Below, piece by piece: positions 42,981-57,000 of a stretch of 64,000 nucleotides of DNA. Numbering within the stretch: the first letter of the stretch is position 1; every line of letters begins with the position of its first letter. The notes under the pieces are model-generated. The model worked only from the letters and a program-made list of their open reading frames with translations. It ran no database searches and was not told the origin of the DNA. The position numbers and the translations under genes were made by a program. Origin of the DNA: Tubiluchus corallicola (taxonomy: Eukaryota > Animalia > Priapulida); the NCBI GenBank assembly GCA_030141605.1, contig JAQGDQ010000052.1:372001-436000 (forward strand), read 5' to 3'.

Positions 42981-45311
42981 TTGCTCAACATACCGTGCGA
43001 CAGGCAGATTGGGTTTCATTGTAACTGTGTATGAGAAGTATGATCAAAGAAACCAAGACAGGCTTGCACCTCCATACGAGTTTTAAAATAAACTTATTGT
43101 ATTTTGTAATGAAGTAATAAGCCTAAATTAGGTCTGTAAGTTTGTTACGAGAGTACGAATGGCTTAATCTCTAAAGTTAACTTTATCCTCCGAGTTACCC
43201 CCTCGATATAAATAGCTGATTTAAAGACCGAAATGCAGTACTAAAATTGGCTGTATAAACTGAAATATAGGTAGACTTATTTTATCGTGCTTTCACTGGC
43301 ACTCACAGCTATACAGGAAAATGCACAGCTTACATCATCTAGTTGGAGTTTCACTTACTACACATGTGACAAATTTTTAAGTATGAGCGAAAAATATTCA
43401 TTTTGAATAAATGTGAAGCACGCGCATGCGCGGACACACTCATATCAAGGAAGACGTTCTGTTACTAATAGTTAACTCACGCACATATGTAAGATATAGT
43501 ATACATCCGTACTGTGCAAGCTGGATTATGCTCTAATTTTCGATATATTTAATTATTACTGAACTGTTTCGAAGCATTGAGAAGATTCGCTTAAATTTCG
43601 CCAGAAGCCACTGACGAAACCACCAGGGTAACATTAGGAAATGATCTGGTCATTGTACTTGCATTACAGGAGGCTAGACGAACAATTATTATTGGGTAAT
43701 TGAACGCTATTAGCGAGTTTGCAGACTCCTGTTTGCAAGGTTTTGCTCGAGGTTACCAGTCTTATGCCTAGTAGAATTTTATAAATTATTAATAATCCTC
43801 TGTGGTTTTCCAGAGCGAGCAAATTACTGAAACGTTTTCAAGCTCAAATTTTAAAAAACCTCATTGGCCGCACAGAATCTTTCTGAAACTAACATTAGAA
43901 TTTATGAAGTAATGAAAACCCGAAAAACGTCTTAATTCCTTGCAGTCACGTAGGCCTAAATGTCAACAAAACATTCAGCTGCTTAATCTTACACCAGTTT
44001 TAGCGAAGTATTTTTGTTTCGGGGCTCTAGTAAAAAAACGAGAATTTTTGCAGCCGGTACGTTCCCACAATAAATATGCATGAAATTTACTAATAGCGTT
44101 ATACTTAGACGCAATACCGCTCTGTAAACGACTTTAAAAATTATTTAGATTTGTATGCTACTATAGAAAGCGACTGCCGTCAGCTTATTGTTTCAGCTAA
44201 GAGAAAACTGTTGTGTGATCAAAATGCAGATAAATGTAACCTCTTCAGGACCACACAGTTGTCATGTATAAAAAAGAATCATCATAGTAGAATATTTTCA
44301 GTGGAACGCTCTGAACAGAACACGTCGGCGACGACGTGTGATGCTTTTAGGCATAGCAAAAGAAGAGGGAGGTATACATATTTTATGCAAAACGAGAAGC
44401 GCGAGGCTGTTATTCGCCTCGGATCGAAACAACAACAATGGCTCTTTCACGAGGCTGTGGAAGCATTTCCTTACAAGCGGGTGAGAGTTGATATCATTCG
44501 TGATGTTCTCAAAATACTTACTTAGTATTAAATACAAGAATCATAAAAAAGACAAGGAATTACACTAATTAAAATATCTATATGCCTAATTATTCTTGCA
44601 AAGGAATTTCAGGAAAAGCTTTTTTCTTATTGCCCTCATAAAAATCTATTCAAGGGTTCTTTATAATCTGCAAAAGGTTTCCTATAACAAAAAAAAAACG
44701 TTCAATTGAAGAACCGTTGTTTGTACAGGGAATGGGGTTCTCTGCCTCCATAAAAACAATGTTCCGCAAATTGTTTCCGCTAACACATAGTCAATCTTAT
44801 TACTTTCCACAGACCCAGAAAAAGCTTTATCTAATAGAGAAATTTCGTCATGTTATCTTCCCACCAAGGTTACACTTGCAATCAAGCAAACCGCTGTTGC
44901 TTTTCAATCAACTCATTTCGGATCTCAGACAAATAACAGAGAATTTATATTGAGTTGTGAGCAATATCTTTTCCTATCACGCCAATTGATCTGGTTTAGC
45001 ACAACAAATCAGCATCGCTTTGAAAAACGGCGATGAGAAAAGATTCTGCGTTATCAACTTTGTCACAAATATCATCCAGGAAAATTCAACAAATACACCG
45101 TTTCTCCACAGTGAAAGAATGTGCTGAAGAGTATTTGCATGGTTTGTGGTCATATAAGTTTTCTAGATACACCACATGTAAGTCATTGGAAACAAAACAA
45201 CGCGCACGTCCTCTTTTTTGCGCAAAAAATCAACTTCTTGGTTAATTCTCTTGTTTTATTAATCATCTGTTACCAACTATTTAATGTAACGTAAAATTAG
45301 AAAATTAGACA

Positions 45312-45642
45312 CTCTTCTCCTTCTCCTGCTCCTCCTCCTCTTTCTCCTGCTCCTCCTCATCATCAGCAACATCATCATCATTATCATCGTCTTCAGCACG
45401 CTATCGCTGCCTCCACCATGACACCCGCTGCTGCCACCCGACTCTTACGCCACAATCATCAGCATCAGCACCAGTACCACCAAACACGTATTCAGAACTT
45501 TTTGGTCGAGCTACCCTTTTGGTTATTGTTGCTGTTGCTGTTGTTGTTAGTGTTGCTGCTGCTGCTGGTGTTGTTGTTGTTGTTGTGTTGTTGTTGTTGT
45601 TGTTGCTGCTGCTGCTGTTGATGTTGTTGTTGTTGTTGCTGT

Positions 45643-45673
<31 letters not shown>

Positions 45674-45703
45674 AATGATGCTGATGCTGATGCTGATGAT
45701 GAT
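45312..45703. repeat. Compound degenerate trinucleotide tracts (CCT/CAT, then GTT/GCT/GAT)
   Basis: Directly visible. Confidence 0.9.
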
Positions 45704-45990
45704 CTTTTGAAAAAGCTTAAGAGTTCTGTGAATTCGCAATAGTTCGTCATGAAACTTCCCATGAATATAACAGAACGAATTCTGCATCGACTGACAGAAT
45801 CGGGTTTTCGATTTGCCATTTTGAATTCAAGTTGGCGGCGAATATATCATTTTCAAAAAAAAAAACTGAGGCTCCATCAATTCGCAATGGATCGTCATGA
45901 GAATTTACAGATATATACCAGAACGAATTCCGCATCCACTGACGAAGTCAACTTTCCTGTTTGCCATCTTGAATTCACACGGCATTGATG
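45497..45990 (+). mobile_element. HINE-like element, same core-repeat family as 9850-10497
   Basis: Two ~150-bp cores (aattcgcaat.g.tcgtcatga..cagaacgaattc.gcatc.actgac..gccat.ttgaattca) preceded by a (GTT/GAT)n tract, the same layout as at 9850. Confidence 0.55.
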
Positions 45991-47579
45991 GCAGTTGTGG
46001 CACTGACGTCATTTTTAATCTACGATCTTGAGTTTAGCGAATCAGTGAGTCCCTCCTTAACCAATAGTGCGTGTTGAACTTGTTAACACTGGGTTCACGT
46101 GTTTATACTTTGCTTCTTTTTACATTTAAAAATAAACTGCGCAGATGATTACTTTTTTGAGAAGGTTTTGTTTCTTTGGTTAGTCGTGTTAGGCATCAGT
46201 GCCTAGTATGGTTACAGATTTTTGATGTTTCGTGTTGGAGTCGAACTCATTCTTGATCGTTCTCAAATTTTTTAGTGCTGGTCGAGCTGCTACTTTGTCA
46301 ATTTTTTTGTTTCCTACCTAACTGCTCTACTACAGATCTGCCACTTTTGTCGATCAATTTAACGATGTGTTGCGCCATGTTGATTATCTTCACATTCTTA
46401 GTTTATTTATCTATCCATTTTTGTGAAAAATCAAATTTTTTCTTGATGAGCTTTAATACCATTCGCCATTATAAAAATGTTACGAATCAACATGTAAGAA
46501 GAACTACTGAGCAAATAATTGTAGGGCTGCATGTATGTCAGTCTCTAGTAAGAAACTTAAGATAAGGAAGAAAATGCTGCATATAAATTTTGTAATTTAG
46601 CGAGCTTCGTTTTTCTTTCCAAATATAAACTGGGAAAATGTTTCACAGTGTTGCGTATTGATCTGCTGAGCTGTTCTTTTTTGCTCTTCTGGTTCAAGCC
46701 GTAAAGCGCTAATTAAAGTGCTACGTGGAGGAGACATAGTATAATCGTACTGACGTATAGCTTAATCCTGTATTCTTTCTATTCTTTCTGCCTTACCTAA
46801 AGCTAACATGATGGTCTGGAAATTCCTATGAGACAAGTTGCATTGGACACCTATGTTTAGAAGATACGTAAGCATTGACTTCTGGGCGTGATTTTGATTT
46901 TGACATCGTAGATTTTATCACGAAAGGAGCCCATGTATGAAATCCTAAAGTTATAAAAAGCTTAACGTGCTACACTGTTCGATGACTTTGCAGCTAGCTT
47001 TCGTTTAGGACGAGTACTTGCTGTTAGACCGCCCAAGCCAAATGTGTGCCACTAATCAGCAGCGGGTATAGCTATTTGTGTTTTCTTTCAGTGTTTTGGT
47101 GCTCGATTTTTACAGAAGTAACATTAAATAACTCAGTGGAAGTTTAGTACATGGATGAAACACGGGGTCCTTATTGTACTTTGTAGAGCGGCTCAGTAAG
47201 ACCTTTACTTTATGCAATTTGCCACTTTACAAGCGGAAATCCAGTACTCACGGCAAAAATCAAGTTAGTGTACATGGTTTTGGCGGTACCAGCATCTAGC
47301 TCATTATCAACGACAATCTTCTGAGATAAGGCATTAAATCACCACAGTTGCGTTAGCCACACCCTGATACCAACTAGTGGTGGACAGTATGACGAAACGC
47401 CCAAGCACTGTTTTCCTGGTGGCCAATCATCCATTCCAGGTTCAGCATTGCTTAAATCGGTCGCTCAGCACACGCTCTTACTATTACAAGAAGTTATCAG
47501 GACGATGCAATGCGCTTTGCGTGATATTCTAGTTCTAGAGTAGATTTTGCCTCTGGTGACGATCGATTTTCTCAGCACA

Positions 47580-47780
47580 GCATACAATAACCACTACATT
47601 AACAACAACGACGACTACACAAGAAACAACATTAAAAATAAGGAAGACAATGAAAACAACAACATCACTATCAATGACAGCGACGACAACAACGACATAC
47701 ACAGCAATAGCAATAACAACAACACAGTGACGACAAAAATAACATCAAGAAAAATGGCGGAAGTGACGGCAATCAACAAT
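47580..47780. repeat. Degenerate (AAC/GAC)n low-complexity tract
   Basis: Explains the N/D-rich ORF 47547-47825. Confidence 0.75.
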
Positions 47781-49086
47781 AGTATTATCTTCCCTTTTGA
47801 AATTCAGACACAATATTCTATATAAGACATAATATCTACCTGCTGACTGCTAGACAATAACGGGATGCAATTCAGCACATCTACGCATGTAAAACGCAAG
47901 TAACTGCCAACTATAAACTTGCCGTTATGTCGAGCTTAACCCAATATTGCATCTCATGAGACCTATTTGAACTTCGGGCGTCATTATGTAGGTGTGTAAC
48001 AGCGAATTTGCGTCCACAAGCACAACATCACTCTTTTAGCACAGTTGATGGCGGCAGCGGCAGCCTGGCAGTAACAGAGAGATAGATTTCACAGCTAAAC
48101 CTAGTTGTCCGTCCCTACAGCCTTTTAAAAGCTGTTTTAATATTCACCCTCCAAGCATTGATTTATTCTAGAAGCATCAGGCTGCACAATATTGGTAATA
48201 TAAAAGATGCCGGATTTGATTATTGTGAAAATTTCAAGGTCGTTTCAAAAGCGCGTGCAGTGAGGTAATGTACACGGCTTCAGTTATGCTGAATCATGAC
48301 TGTCTTTCGTAGTGACGTCACACATTTGTGAATAAACTGAACTTAACTTCTTGATAAGAATTACAGAAATGTACAAATAACAGAATTTTCGTCTGACTTA
48401 TCAAATTAGAGTAATGAAGCTTTTCAAGTAACAAATCTGATTCTACTATCATACTCGCTGTTAATGTCATTGTTTTTATTACATTTTTTTCTACAACAGT
48501 CATTATCCTTCCTGCTCTACTGCCGTAGTAATTTTTAGTACATCGGGGGTGATATAGAACAATTAGCATTGTATAGCCATAATCAACCACACAACGGTAG
48601 ATCTGTTTAACGTAGGCGGCTGTAGTAGTACCAGAACATTCACAAGAAGGAACTGTAAGATGAGACACTAAACCGGCAGAGGGCTATGCTAACTTCTTGC
48701 TGCTCTAATGTTTCCTCATATGGCTAGTCTATGCGGATGCTTGTTTTTAAAATTGTTATTATTGATTGTTGCACGTAATTACTACAGGTAAAGTTTCAGC
48801 TTTTCTAATTTAGAAGCATTAAAAGTACGTAAAGCCATTTTCTTCTTGACACTAATTTCCTACGAGCATTTACGAGAGTCTGCACTCTGCATTAAAATTT
48901 TTAGGAACCTCGGAAAATTAGCTGGCTTTTTGAGTCCGAGAGAAAAACAGTTTCAGAAATTTTTATTCACTTTGCTCACTAGAAAGTTTGCAGGGAGACC
49001 AAGAATAAGATATGAATGGCACGGATAGCTATAGAAAACTCTTAACTCTTTATTATTAGCATGCTTTAATAGTTTGTTCGTGGCTC

Positions 49087-49330
<244 letters not shown>

Positions 49331-49757
49331 CGAGGGCAGTAAGTGTACCCCGAATAAGCACTTATTAATATGTGGGTTCAACGCAACAGCCATACACTTC
49401 GTAAATGAGAGACAGTGTTAACGTAGCTGTTTGACAAAGAATAAACGCCACTGCTCAGGCTGACAAAGACGATGCCTTTTCATCTCATCAAATTATCACA
49501 CATATAGACATTAAAGCTCCACATTTTGAGTGCAAGAAACCATTCTAATATGGTTCAGACATTCTGAACCACAATGGAAGCACTTAAACATCTTAAAAGT
49601 AACAAACATGAGAAAATTACCAAGTGCATAAAGCAGTAACAATATTAGTACGTATCCATCAAAATTCGCAAAATTTACAAAACAGAAAATGAATGATATT
49701 CTTTGGACCCTGAATAAAAATCTTATAATGTTTTAATTCCCTCCCCCAAATGATTGC

Positions 49758-49981
49758 TGTGTGTGTGTGTGTGTGTGTGTGCGTGCGTGCGTGCGTGTGT
49801 GTGTGCGTGTGTGTTTCTTGGAAACGTACGTTTTTAGGCAGATCAGACGCAAAAGCAGGAAGACACTAATTACAACATACTAAGGATAAAACAATACAGC
49901 ATAATTTATCGATTATGTCCTGTTTTCTCTCTCTTTCTCTCTCCCTCTCTCTCTCACACTCTCTTTTTCACTCTTCTCTCC
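49758..49981. repeat. (GT)n/(GCGT)n tract (49758-49814) and (CT)n tract (49925-49981)
   Basis: Directly visible. Confidence 0.85.
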
Positions 49982-52900
49982 TGTGCTTTTTTATCATCTA
50001 CGTCTGCTTATTCCCAAATTACCAACGTTGACTGTTAACTAGGAAACAGGTGGAAGGTCACGTGGTTGCAGAACAAGTGGCAAATGATAACAAAAATTGA
50101 ATTTCAGCGGATGGATAATCAAATAATAAGAAACGTCAATTACAGTTACTGATGCTAGAGGAATTTTTCATCTGTTACAACTGTTATTCTGCCAAAGGAG
50201 TGTCAACACAAGCATTTTACACAACGAAAACATACACATTTTAGTGTGTTATAACAATTACTACACTGTCGCTTAAATACTTTTTAAATGCACTTTTTAA
50301 TTAAGCATAATAAAAGGTTTGAGAATAGATACAGATGAACTGAAATTTTGTGGAGCCTTTTAACCAAATTTTGCGAAACTTTTACTTTACTGGTAACTTC
50401 TGCCAATGCAACAACTTTTTCAAAGTAATTCAGTAAGACACGCATTTCCGACACGAGGTCAAATTTCAAGCGATATACGTATTTGCACAGCAATCCATAG
50501 TTGTTTTCTCAAGTGCACAGGATTTATAATATCTTGCCGATTTTGCACTTCTGATGTTAGCACGTCGCCATGATAATGGCGATCAAATTGCAAGTTTAGG
50601 TAAGTTCACCCTATATACCAAAGAAATTCTGTCCAAGACTTATTATAATTATTAAGTTTGCTGAGCTTGGATGGAAAGTTAAAAAGAAGAATAGATTTAC
50701 ATCATGTTCCCGGACCATCCACGGTACCTGTATATGCGTCCATGCACCACGTCAAATAAATTTCACCTTTAAAAACTGAAAAATTTTTGGCGCTTTATTA
50801 CGTTTGGAATAAAATACTAAAATTTACTGAGAGTAAAATTTCCAAAATTCAACGGTAATGGAGTGATGTACCTATTGCTGTAAAATTCATGACAGGATGA
50901 ATACTATAAAAACCATAAAATATATGCTAATATCTTGAATGCGCTTTCGTACATTTTTTCCTTTCAACACTTGAATGTCGGGCGCCTTTACACAACGCCT
51001 CTTACACACGTTGCAAAATTACGTTTATAAATTTGACCGTCACTTTTGCTTTTATGTTAAAATGTCAGGACAATTCGTTTTCGTTGGAAGCATGAAAGCA
51101 TGGTGATGTGCTTCAATGCACGCAACAACACGCGCCACTGTGCAGAAAATGGCTGGTTAGCAAAAACTAACATAATGAAGTTATGATCAGTATTATCACA
51201 TAAGAGTACAAATCCACATGATCATTCCATTCCATTCAATTCAATTACAGAAGGAAGCGGCCTACATTGTTTTTGTGATCTCTTACTATGAATGTCGCAT
51301 GAAGGCTCAGGGGAAATTTTGATATTACAAGATTGTAGACTAAATTATAAAGGTTACTTCCTGCAGAGTTCGGAAATCATCTTAGTTTATTCCCTTTTTC
51401 ACATACTCCCCCCCCCCCCCCAAGCCTAGAGATGCTACATCAGACTGCGTGCAACATCGAGTGTACAGCATTGTGGACGTCAAAATAGAGGCTCAAATCA
51501 AGCCTTCTCTTTCGTTATAAAAACAAAATCAATTCAAAAAGTATTTCTAAATTTTAAACGAAATTATGGATGAAGTCATTTAATGACTTTCTTTTGCGGA
51601 TGAGTGAGCACTTAAGCGCGTGCCCGTATGTAAGGAGTGAGTGAGTGATAACTTTTTAAATGTAGACTTGTATACCCTACCTTGTTGTTAGCATAAGAAA
51701 TTTATTACGATGTGAATTATTCAAAATATGTTGAGTTTGCCGTTTAACGCCTGTTTAATAAATGTCGGATTGACACTATGTTTTGGTTATTTTATTGTCT
51801 GGGCAGTTTTCGCTTTGGCCACTCAAATGGTCACTCAAACAACGATTGCGCATAATAACTATGGAATAAATTGTGTGTCATTTTATTGACTTAAGTGAAA
51901 AAGGTAATTTTTGTTGCAAATGATTGTCCCGCCAGCGTGCTATCCTGTCTAGGCATAACTTCTGATAGCGACTAAGAAATTCTCAGTTGCAGAACGCACT
52001 GTCGCGTCCTACAAAGACGTAAAAGCATGCAATTTAATTCACCTTTTATGTCAGCACAAAACTGTATATGACACACTAAAAATAAAATGCTATACGCACA
52101 CAAACACGCAAAATATTAACTCTACTAATATACAAACGTCAATCAACCAGAAGTGGTTCACCTAGCGATGTAAATCAGCCCTTTTCAGCTGACCAGCTGT
52201 TCAATTATAATATACTGTAAGAGTTACAGTCAATTGTGTACTATTAGGATTATTTTTATTTTTTCCAGTCATATAAGATTTCTGCGAATAAAATTTGTTT
52301 AGCAGCAAAACAGAGACATTATGAAGGTGAAACATTGCGCTTAGGTAATAGTAATGCAGATGTAAGGTTAGAAAGAGTTAGATTATAAGTTTCTCCAAGA
52401 TAAATAAACCCTACCACTTGATCGAATCTCGCCCAGCTTGAAAAACAAAATGAATCAAATAATAAAAAGTCTGTCTATCCCAAGGTAATTAGTATTCAAT
52501 TTTTATGCTGTCGGAAGAGATTGTCAAATTCTGCTTAGCACCATAAAATAGCATTAATTAACGTTTATTAAGGTTGAATGTCCAGGCAGAACTGTTATTA
52601 ACAAAGTTTTCTACAGTAACTTATGCTGTATTAAACCATATTGCTTACAACAGTCTCTTTTGGACTGATCATGTATAAATTTTCTACCAAGGTACTGCGA
52701 ACTAATTTTATGGCAGTATTATAAAAACATATAATTTCAAAAGTTTATACGAGAATTGACGTTTTTGTCATTAACGCCCACCCAGCATTTTAGTTGTAGA
52801 ATAAAAAAGTTGAATCTTTCACAAAATGACACAAAATGCACATATCCTTGAGGAAATAATTGAGTCTTCTTGCGTCAATTTACTTAATAATTTCTTGTAC

Positions 52901-53007
52901 TCCGATAAGTACATAACAGTGATACATTTTCTGGAAGAAATAACCACAAACGTGCACGCGCACTCTTCATGCTTTTCTGGTTTGACAATAATCATAGATT
53001 TTATATT

Positions 53008-54022
53008 GTAGCCGCTCTCAGTGAGCAAGAGTTTGTGAGGCTGGGCCGCGTAGGCGGATAGTAGCCGCTGTCAGTGAGCAAGAGTTTGTGAGGCTGGGCC
53101 GCGTAGGCAGATAGTAGCCGCTGTCAGTGAGCAAGAGTTTGTGAGGCCGGGCTGCGTAGGCGGATAGTAGCCGCTGTCAGTGAGCAAGAGTTTGTCAGGC
53201 TGGGCCGCGTAGGCGGATGGTAGCCGCTGTCAGTGAGCAAGAGTATGTCAGGCCAGGCTGCATAGGCGTGTGGTGTGTGGTTTGGGGGTTGTGTCAGTGA
53301 GCAAGAGGTTGTGAGGCTGGGCCGCATAGGCGAATAGTACCCTCTGTCAGTGAGCAAGAGTTTGTGAGGCTGGGCCACATAGGCGGATAGTAGCCGCTGT
53401 CAGTGAGCAAGAGTTTGTGAGGCAGGGCCGTGTAGGCAGATAGTAGCCGCTGTCAGTGAGCAAGAGTTTGTGAGGCCGGGCCGCGTAGGCAGATAGTAGC
53501 CGCTGTCAGTGAGCAAGAGTTTGTGAGGCCGGGCTGCGTAGGCGGATAGTAGCCGCTGTCAGTGAGCAAGAGTTTGTCAGGCTGGGCCGCGTAGGCGGAT
53601 GGTAGCCGCTGTCAGTGAGCAAGAGTATGTCAGGCCAGGCTGCATAGGCAGATAGTAGCCGCTGTCAGTGAGCAACAGTTTGTCAGGCTGGGCCGCGTAG
53701 GAGGATAGTAGCCGCTGTCAGTGAGCAAGAGTTTGTGAGGCCGGGCTGCGTAGGCGGATAGTAGCCGCTGTCAGTGAGCAAGAGTTTGTCAGACTGGGCC
53801 ATTTTGGCGGATAGTAGCCGCTGTCAGTGAGTAAGAGTTTGTGAGGCCGGGCCACGTAGGCAGATAGTAGCCGCTGTCAGTGAGCAAGAGTTTGTCAGGC
53901 TGAGCCACGTAGGCGGATTGTAGCCGCTGTCAGTGAGCAAGAGTTTGTGAGGCCGGGCCGGGCGGATAGTAGCCGCTGTCAGCAAAACAGAGTTTGTGAG
54001 ACCGAGCCGCGTAAGCGGGGCT
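53008..54022. repeat. GC-rich 53-bp minisatellite, ~19 copies
   Basis: Consensus gtagccgctgtcagtgagcaagagtttgtgaggctgggccgcgtaggcggata. Units start at 53008, 53061, 53114, 53167, 53220; one interruption at ~53268-53291; degenerate last units. Confidence 0.97.
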
Positions 54023-57000
54023 TAGTACACATACTGCCAATCTGTGTGCTACATGCAACAACAAAAATTATTAGAAGCTACCCTAAACCAAACAAGAAAG
54101 ATGCTCGTGGGACAGGGGCCCATCACCAGATCATTCACAAAAAGTTTGTGAGGACTTCGATATTTTTTGCACTGATTCGTGCTGCAGCACCACTTATTTG
54201 AGAGAAAATAATGAGTAGCTTTGGTAAAATTTGGAATGACATCCAGTGAATTAGCGGGAAAAATGCTTTTCAAATGATTGCAGAAAATCCATTTGAGCAG
54301 CGGATTTGCCGAGAATAAGCAAAATCCAAAGAAAACATGTACATCATTATGCCAATGTATGCTTCCCTGGTTCTTGTAACTGAGGCTTTACAAACATAAT
54401 CTTATTGACTACACAACATTAGATTTCAATTTTTACCTGCTGCATTAAAAAGTGTAAACAAAGTGGAAAACCGACAAGACTGACATAAAATAAACCACTA
54501 AATGTTGCAGAAAAGACAAGAAAATAATAATTCCTAGTTCACTCAGATGTGAAAAGCTACAACGTACATTAACATATTAAACTATCATTCGACAGTTATT
54601 ATGCATGTAAAGGTGGACACGAAACAATTAATCTACCTCACATATGTGTTACATGAGCGCTGAGCACTGGAAACTTTTCTGGATACGAGAACACTTTTGG
54701 AATGTTTTGAGTGGCACGAATATCCAGCTTATTTCACTCTAGCCATCCTCTGATTTCAAATTAAAAAATTGTTGCACAACATTTCCACATGTAATTATGT
54801 GTTTACGACTTTACACATGTTTATGATTACGGCTGCTAGAACTAAGAGCAACCAGCAAGACATATACTTCAAAAATAAAATTTAGCGCAGGTGCATTAGT
54901 AATTGACATCAAACATATTGGTCTATCGCTCCGCCCCCGCTGTAACGTAGCACGCTCTGCAGCATTCGGGACAACAGCTTACGCAGGGCTACAACTGTCT
55001 AAGCTAAACTAAAATAAACTAAACAACATGACAGTCACAACTAATGTCTAACCAGCAGATAAACTGCTTGCATTTCTTCATAAACGCAAATTTACACGAA
55101 ATTAATACTTCAAGTAGCCAAAAAAATGACTTTACAATTTAAACAATTTAAACTGCGTATTTTCTTGATTGCAAAATGGTTTAATCAGCAACTCATAGAC
55201 GTAAGCGTTGTGCATTTCTTCCTATAAACGAAACTAGACTACCTATTTCCACTAATTCACTTGCAATTTCGATTGACAATAATAAAATCTAGGACCAGGC
55301 CAATATTTTTTCCGCTGACTAATGAGAAATTGGGCATTTTTCATGTAATGTGTCTGTTAGCTGTAGCTAAATATCCAGAACGTATCTGCCGCAGGTGTGT
55401 GTGAAATAACTTGCACGCTGATTCGGCGGTCAACGAAAATGATTGACATTATGTTGTCAATTCCAAGGCACGTTCCTTCAGTTCGTGAAGTTGCCAGAAT
55501 AGCAAGGTCAAGTTCGACAAATAATTCGTATGCTCTTGCGCGTTTCTTTATTTTTAAGGGTAGGTGGAACGAATGCGCCAAGCACTCCTAACTCTCTAAG
55601 TTTTGGCTGCCTACCTCTGTACTGACTTATTTACTGCCTCAGTCATCACTGCCTCAGTCAACACCGCAATTAACATGAAGTTCACTGCCACTGTCATAAC
55701 TGAGTAACTCTCAATCCCTCTGACATTTCTTTACCAGTCTATAGGTTATAAAATTTTGGCGCCTTAGCTTATATCGTTAACAGTGAAAAGTTATGAAGAT
55801 GATAAACTACACACGCGTGCTGAAAGGTCACCTTGAATAAGTCTAGGACAAAATTATTAATGAAGCCCTATTTTTAAAGTTCAGTAATAAAAGACTATTC
55901 TATGGGCTTCAGTAAATTAATGATTATCAAGCTTCATTTAAGAGTGCACTGAACAATGTCATGCAACCATCACTTTAAAATATTAGCCTCAGTTTTTAAT
56001 TCACCAAAACATGAACCCCTTTAAGCATCACAAGAGATCCAATGACGTCACCGGTTCCACTGCGGCGAATAAAATAATTAATATCAGTCTGAAAATAGTC
56101 ATTCTGGTGAGCCGTGTTTCTAACTTTCGGTTAGTTAATTCTGGAAACACTTCACCGCTAGAGCTTAATGCACCATTAATTAATTAATGCTAACATTTTG
56201 TCGAGACGTGTAGTTCAGAAATTGTTTAATAAGCAGAAGTGTTCTGTTTACTTATGGAAACACACGCCGTATTATGCAAACATTTTCGCCTATAATAAAT
56301 TACTGCAGCGTAATTACTGAAATGTAATATTTCTAAGCTTTTACAATATGAAACGTGTTTTGTGGCAGGATTACGTTGGTGACATTTTGAGTAAAAAAAT
56401 AGGAATACGGATCATGTATTGTAATTATTTTTCCAAGAAACTGTGGTTACCTCGCGACTTTTATCAGCGGCGGCCAAAATATATAAAAGGGCTGAATTAA
56501 TGACATTAAAAAATGAGAAAACTAGTTGATTATACTATATTTTTGTACACCGACTGCACCCCCACAAGACGAATTGGCATTCAAAAGTCTTATGACTAAA
56601 CAGAACAATAACAGCTAAGCTACTAAATGAAACAGCTAATATTACAATATTTACGAATAACAGAAAAATGGGGAGATTTCTTCTAATGAGAAGTTTTAAA
56701 AGTAGTTAGAAACTGTTAGAATGGGGGGGGGGGCGTTCACCAGCTTTAGCTGAAATATCCACACACTGTATATATATGCACCTACTTAACACACATGGCG
56801 TGCTGTTACAATGCTCGACTAGTAAGACGTGCCTACGAAAACTGCACAAAAAGCAGTATGCATAATTTCAGTTGTTGCATTATACGTGCTCTTGTAATAT
56901 GTTATTATGTTATTGGAACTTTGCGTCTCACACTAATTTACAGTCTGGCGTTTTATAAGCGAAAATGCATCGATATTTGCTGACAATCGAGGTTTTGCAT

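Noticed and set aside
53008-54022. CRISPR-like array or repeat-protein exon
   Set aside because: Units are contiguous with no unique spacers, there are no cas genes, and the context is eukaryotic; the 53-bp period is not a multiple of 3.
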